Source: Candidatus Kuenenbacteria bacterium HGW-Kuenenbacteria-1
GTDB lineage: Bacteria > Patescibacteriota > Patescibacteriia > UBA2591 > PGYQ01
Reading direction: 5' to 3'
Assembly (NCBI GenBank): GCA_002839745.1
Contig: PGYQ01000002.1
Span: 21,515 to 85,514, forward strand
DNA length: 64,000 nucleotides
The notes beneath the pieces are model-generated. The model made no database searches and was not told the DNA's origin. It saw only the letters and a program-made list of their open reading frames with translations. This document shows positions 60,047-64,000 of the stretch, piece by piece (positions within the stretch are counted from its first letter, which is position 1; the number at the start of each line of letters is the position of its first letter). The position numbers and the translations under genes were made by a program.

Positions 60047-60997
60047 TTAAAGATTTTGAATAAACAAATTGAGTAAAATTTTTGAATTGATTTGACTCGT
60101 TTTTAATTGTATATCTATTTCTAATAATTGCTGATAAATATTTTTTAATTGATCAAAAGAATATTTATTCGCTTGAATAGACGCTTTTTGAATAACAAAA
60201 GGATGTAATTTAAGTTGCGTCCGCCAGTTGGCGGATTCATTTTTTAAAGATAAATCCTTAATCTGTAATAAAATTCTAAACTGTCTAATAATCATCGCTA
60301 ATAAATAATACACTGAATTATTTGTTTTTAATTGATCATTAATCAATTTTAAAGCTAATATTTTATTTTTATTTCCTAGCGCATCAACTAAATTAAAAAT
60401 ATTTTCATTTATTTTTTTTGCAACCAATAAATCTACATCTTCTTTATAAATAACTTCCCCTAATTTATAAGTACAAAGTTTATTAATTTCATTTGACATT
60501 CGCCATAAATCGCTACTTACCATAATAATTAAATTTTCTAAGGCTTGATTTTCAATTTTAGCTCCTTGATTTTCTATTCTTTTTTTTACCCAATCTTTTA
60601 ATTTTATTCCAATTAATATAGAAAATTCCCATGTGAATTTTTCTTTTTTTAATTTTTCAAATATTTTTTTCTTAATATTATTTTTTATATCTATTTTTTC
60701 TTTTTCCCAAAAAATTAAAATATTTTCATTTTCTTGATTTAATATATTTAAAATTTTTTCTAAAAATTTATCATTTTGACATTGGCTAAATAAATTTTTT
60801 ATAATAATCATTCTTTTTTTAGCCAAAAACCCATCTGTTAAAATGGCTTGCTCTAATTTATTTATATCTATTTTTTCTCCTTCAAAAATTAAAATATTTG
60901 AATTAGAAAAATCAATTTCTTTTTGAAATTTTTTTATCAATTCTTTTAATTTTTCCTTTGATCGAAAAGAATCTTCTCCATATAAAAAAATAAACAT
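60047..60997 (-). CDS. holA: DNA polymerase III delta subunit
   Basis: N-terminal MFIFLYGEDSF, 316 aa, clamp-loader delta architecture. Confidence 0.7.
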   Translation of the reverse strand: MFIFLYGEDSFRSKEKLKELIKKFQKEIDFSNSNILIFEGEKIDINKLEQAILTDGFLAKKRMIIIKNLFSQCQNDKFLEKILNILNQENENILIFWEKEKIDIKNNIKKKIFEKLKKEKFTWEFSILIGIKLKDWVKKRIENQGAKIENQALENLIIMVSSDLWRMSNEINKLCTYKLGEVIYKEDVDLLVAKKINENIFNLVDALGNKNKILALKLINDQLKTNNSVYYLLAMIIRQFRILLQIKDLSLKNESANWRTQLKLHPFVIQKASIQANKYSFDQLKNIYQQLLEIDIQLKTSQINSKILLNLFIQNL

Positions 60998-61029
60998 AGT
61001 TTTAATAATTTTAAATTTTAAATAAATAT

Positions 61030-61692
61030 TTAAATTTTAATTGTTTTTTTCTCTTGCCATTCCTGAATTTTCTTGTGATTTCCAGATAAAAGAATTTTAG
61101 GAACACGCGCTTTTTTACCATTTATTTCAAATATTTCTGGCCGTGTATATTGAGGATATTCCAAAAATCCTTCCTTTGAAAAAGTTTCAACTTTGCTTGA
61201 TTCATCCTTCCCTAAAACTCCCGGCAATAAACGAGTAATCGCATCAACAATAGCCATTGCAGGAATTTCTCCACCAGTTAATATATAATCGCCAATAGAA
61301 ATTTTTTCATCAATTAATTTATTTACTCTTTCATCAATTCCTTCATATCGACCACAAATAAAAGTTATTTGATTTAATTGTGATAATCGTTCAGCCATTC
61401 TTTGATTAAATTTTTTCCCTTTTGGAGTTAATAAAATAATTTTTTGTTTTGGTGTTTTATGTTTTAATTTAAAATTTTTTAATGTTTGATAAATCGGTTC
61501 TATTTTCATCAACATTCCTATTCCACCGCCATAAGGAGTGTCATCAACTGTTTTGTGTTTATCAATAGTGCAATCACGAATATTTAAAAAATTAATTTCT
61601 ATTATTTTTTCTTTTTGAGCGCGTTTAATAATACTTTCATTAAAATAAGAATTAAATATTTGAGGAAAAATTGTAAGAATGTTGAAAATCAT
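61030..61692 (-). CDS. trmD: tRNA (guanine37-N1)-methyltransferase
   Basis: SPOUT-class TrmD motifs. Confidence 0.85.
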   Translation of the reverse strand: MIFNILTIFPQIFNSYFNESIIKRAQKEKIIEINFLNIRDCTIDKHKTVDDTPYGGGIGMLMKIEPIYQTLKNFKLKHKTPKQKIILLTPKGKKFNQRMAERLSQLNQITFICGRYEGIDERVNKLIDEKISIGDYILTGGEIPAMAIVDAITRLLPGVLGKDESSKVETFSKEGFLEYPQYTRPEIFEINGKKARVPKILLSGNHKKIQEWQEKKTIKI

Positions 61693-61745
61693 AAAAAATA
61701 GTTTTTATCCGACAGCTGACGGATGTTAGCTTTTAGGAAAATCAT

Positions 61746-61786
61746 AAAACAAAAGTCGCGATTAATTATATCGCGACTTTTGTTTT
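61746..61786 (-). terminator. 17-bp-stem hairpin terminator downstream of the KH-protein gene
   Basis: AAAACAAAAGTCGCGAT-taattat-ATCGCGACTTTTGTTTT. Confidence 0.6.
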
Positions 61787-61846
61787 ATGTAAACCATGTT
61801 AAATGCAAATATTTAACAAAATAAACAATAGAATAATAAATGATTT

Positions 61847-62179
61847 TTATATTTTAAAATCATCTATTGCATCAGCAGTAGTTACTTTTGCATCGCTTCT
61901 TGTGTCTCTTCTAAAAGGACGTTCTGTACCTTCTGGTTGATAAAGTTTTAAATTAACACGGGCATTATTTTTAGCTCCAACAATTCTTAATAAAGTACGA
62001 ATAGCTTGAATTGTTTGACCAGAGCGTCCAATAATTTGTCCGGTATCTTCAACATCAACTTTTAAGGTAAGTAAAACACCCATTTCATCAACTGTTCTTT
62101 CTACTGTGACCGCTTCCGGCTTATTTACTAAAGACTTAACAATCATTTCTATAAATGCTTGGTCTGCTTGTGTTGTCAT
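61847..62179 (-). CDS. KH-domain RNA-binding protein (KhpA/YlqC-like) with C-terminal extension
   Basis: GxxG KH motif (IIGRSGQTI); upstream of trmD. Confidence 0.7.
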   Translation of the reverse strand: MTTQADQAFIEMIVKSLVNKPEAVTVERTVDEMGVLLTLKVDVEDTGQIIGRSGQTIQAIRTLLRIVGAKNNARVNLKLYQPEGTERPFRRDTRSDAKVTTADAIDDFKI

Positions 62180-62386
62180 ATTTTTCCTTAAAAATCTAAA
62201 CTTATTTAATAAGTTTAGATAATTTTACATTTAATCAATAAACAGCTACGCTAACTGTCGACCTTTGTTAAAATAAACCAGTTTCGCCATTTATTTTTTT
62301 CTTAATTTAATTTTATTTTCTATAATTTTTATTATAGAGAATTTAAAAAATTTGTCAAAATTAAATATCAAATGTGGAAAAAAAAT

Positions 62387-62415
62387 TGCTTTAAATATTT
62401 ATTATTGTTATAATA
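62387..62415 (+). promoter_or_regulatory. candidate sigma70 promoter for rpsB-tsf
   Basis: TTGCTT (62387-62392), 17-nt spacer, extended -10 TGtTATAAT (62407-62415); about 30 nt before the rpsB start. Confidence 0.5.
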
Positions 62416-62445
62416 ATTTTACTTAATTTATTTGTTTATTTTTTT

Positions 62446-63192
62446 ATGCTTAAATTACCAACTTTATTGGAATTATTAGAAGCAGGAGTTCATTTTGGAC
62501 ATCAAACTTCTAAAAGATATCCTAAAACAAAGCCTTATATTTTTGGAATCCGTAGCGGAATACATATTATTAATTTGGAAAAAACTGTTGAAAAATTAAA
62601 AGAAGCTTTAGATTTTATAAAAGAAATTTCTGCAAAAAACGGAACAATTCTTTTTTTAGGAACCAAAAAACAAGCTAAAGATATTGTTAAAAAAGCAGCG
62701 TTAGAAGTTAATATGCCATATATAACAGAAAGATGGTTAGGTGGAACTTTTACTAATTTAGATACTATTATAAAAAATATAAAAAAAATGAAAAAAATGG
62801 AAGAAGAAAAAGAAAAAGGAGAATTTAAAAAATATACAAAAAAAGAACAATTAAAATTTGAAAAAGAAATTGAAAAATTAAAAAGATTATTTGATGGATT
62901 AAGAGAATTAAATAAATTGCCAGAAGCAATTTTTATTATTGGAATTAATGAAGAAGAAACAGCGGAAAAAGAAGCTAAAAAGAAAAATGTTCCTATTGTT
63001 GCCATTATAGACACTAATACTAAACCTCAAAATGTGGCTTATCCAATCCCAGCCAATGACGATGGAATTAAATCAATTAAAATGATGGTTAATTTAGTCG
63101 TTGAAGCGATTAAAGAGGGAAAAAGCGTGACTAAAAATGAACAATCAACAAATAGCAGTGAAAATTTAAAAGCAAACAATGAAAAAGTGTAA
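62446..63192 (+). CDS. rpsB: 30S ribosomal protein S2
   Basis: N-terminal LLEAGVHFGHQT motif, 248 aa. Confidence 0.9.
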   Translation: MLKLPTLLELLEAGVHFGHQTSKRYPKTKPYIFGIRSGIHIINLEKTVEKLKEALDFIKEISAKNGTILFLGTKKQAKDIVKKAALEVNMPYITERWLGGTFTNLDTIIKNIKKMKKMEEEKEKGEFKKYTKKEQLKFEKEIEKLKRLFDGLRELNKLPEAIFIIGINEEETAEKEAKKKNVPIVAIIDTNTKPQNVAYPIPANDDGIKSIKMMVNLVVEAIKEGKSVTKNEQSTNSSENLKANNEKV

Positions 63193-63227
63193 AATAGGTT
63201 TTAATTTAAAATTTTTTATTTATTTTT

Positions 63228-63806
63228 ATGTTAAATTTAATTAAACAATTAAGAGAGCGGACTGGGCTGGGAATAATGGATTGTAAAAAAGCCATTGAAG
63301 AAAGTAAAGGAGCTATAGAAAAAGCCATTGAATTTTTAAGAAAAGCCGGAACAATAAAAGCGGCCAAAAAAGCAGAAAGAGAAACAAAAGAAGGTTTAAT
63401 TGATTCTTACATTCATCCAGGTGGAAGAATTGGCGTTTTGGTTAAAGTAAATTGCGAGACAGATTTTGTCGCGCGTAATGAAGAATTTAAAACTTTGGTT
63501 CATGATATTGCTATTCAAATAGCAGCCAACGATCCTCAATATTTAAAACCTGAAGATGTATCTGAAGAAATAAAAGAAAAAGAAAAAGAAATTTATAAAG
63601 AACAATTAAAAAAAGAAGGGAAGCCAGAAGCGATTATAGAAAAAATTTTGCAAGGAAAATTACAAAAAATGTATAAAGAAATTTGTTTGACAAAACAATC
63701 TTTTTTTAAAGAAGAAAAAATAACAGTTGAGGAATTAATTAATCAAACCATTTCTAAATTAGGTGAAAATATTCAAATAGCAGAATTTGTGAGATACAAA
63801 TTATAA
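63228..63806 (+). CDS. tsf: elongation factor Ts (short form)
   Basis: N-terminal UBA-like IKQLRERTGLGIMDCKKAIEE; 192 aa. Confidence 0.85.
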   Translation: MLNLIKQLRERTGLGIMDCKKAIEESKGAIEKAIEFLRKAGTIKAAKKAERETKEGLIDSYIHPGGRIGVLVKVNCETDFVARNEEFKTLVHDIAIQIAANDPQYLKPEDVSEEIKEKEKEIYKEQLKKEGKPEAIIEKILQGKLQKMYKEICLTKQSFFKEEKITVEELINQTISKLGENIQIAEFVRYKL

Positions 63807-63825
63807 ACTCAAAACGCAAAACTCA

Positions 63826-63862
63826 AAATAAAAAAATACGAAATTACATTTTCGTATTTTTT
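63826..63862 (+). terminator. rho-independent terminator after tsf
   Basis: AAATACGAAA-ttacatt-TTCGTATTT followed by a T run. Confidence 0.55.
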
Positions 63863-63892
63863 TATTTAATTAAAAGTGATATAATTAAATAT

Positions 63893-64000
63893 TATGAGAA
63901 ATATTTTAATCATTATTATTTTTGGTTTTTTGGTTTATGGTTTTTCATTATCAAATAATTTTGTTTGGGACGATGAAGAACAAGTGGTTAATAATCAAGT
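63893..64000 (+). CDS. 5' end of a membrane-anchored protein; continues beyond the window
   Basis: ATG at 63893, hydrophobic N-terminus (MRNILIIIIFGFLVYGF), no stop before the window end. Confidence 0.3.

Overview
This is a very AT-rich window (about 28-30% GC) with the gene content of a reduced-genome bacterium, probably Patescibacteria/CPR-like. That placement is inferred from the 16S gene (internal expansion segments, a 515F-site mismatch, no 23S downstream) and from the absence of Shine-Dalgarno sequences.

Core content:
- The 5' truncated end of a Mur ligase (murF).
- rplJ-rplL.
- A purine-biosynthesis cluster: purM, purB, a fused purC-purE and a large single-chain purL. A GC-richer Type III restriction-modification (R-M) operon (mod-res) is inserted inside it.
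- nth-like glycosylase, tpiA, trpS, proS, secF, secD (with an inserted parvulin domain), lepB, mltG.
- A division/cell-wall cluster mraZ-rsmH-ftsL-ftsI-ybeY-dgkA-ftsA that ends abruptly with no ftsZ.
- A class III ribonucleotide reductase nrdD carrying a LAGLIDADG intein.
- A 16S rRNA gene followed only by tRNA-Ile, then a GHKL-type ATPase and glgA.
- A PilB/GspE-like ATPase, tyrS, ksgA, holA, trmD, a KH-domain protein, rpsB and tsf.
- tRNA-Thr(TGT) preceded by a 5'-half tRNA-Thr(GGT) fragment, tRNA-Arg(GCG), tRNA-Ser(TGA) and tRNA-Ile(GAT).

The accessory region starts right after ftsA (about 34.1-44.1 kb). It holds:
- A REP-associated tyrosine transposase (RAYT) gene with GTAG-initiated GC-rich REP hairpins, split by a roughly 0.43-kb MITE.
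- A second, complete copy of that MITE at 58.5 kb with 18-19 bp terminal inverted repeats and a 9-bp target duplication.
- A minimal-nucleotidyltransferase/HEPN toxin-antitoxin pair.
- A Cys-rich secreted protein with a VirB2/TrbC-like pilin segment.
- A roughly 5-kb insertion bounded by duplicated fragments of the two neighbouring core genes. It carries a single-chain Type IIG R-M enzyme and a two-gene module (nucleotidyltransferase plus HprK-like P-loop/NUDIX protein). That module is the best candidate here for an undescribed defense or nucleotide-signalling system.

Four genes are interrupted by single-base frame changes inside A/T homopolymer runs. Two families of short AT-rich intergenic repeats recur: heptamer tandem repeats and TAACAAGTAA-unit inverted repeats.
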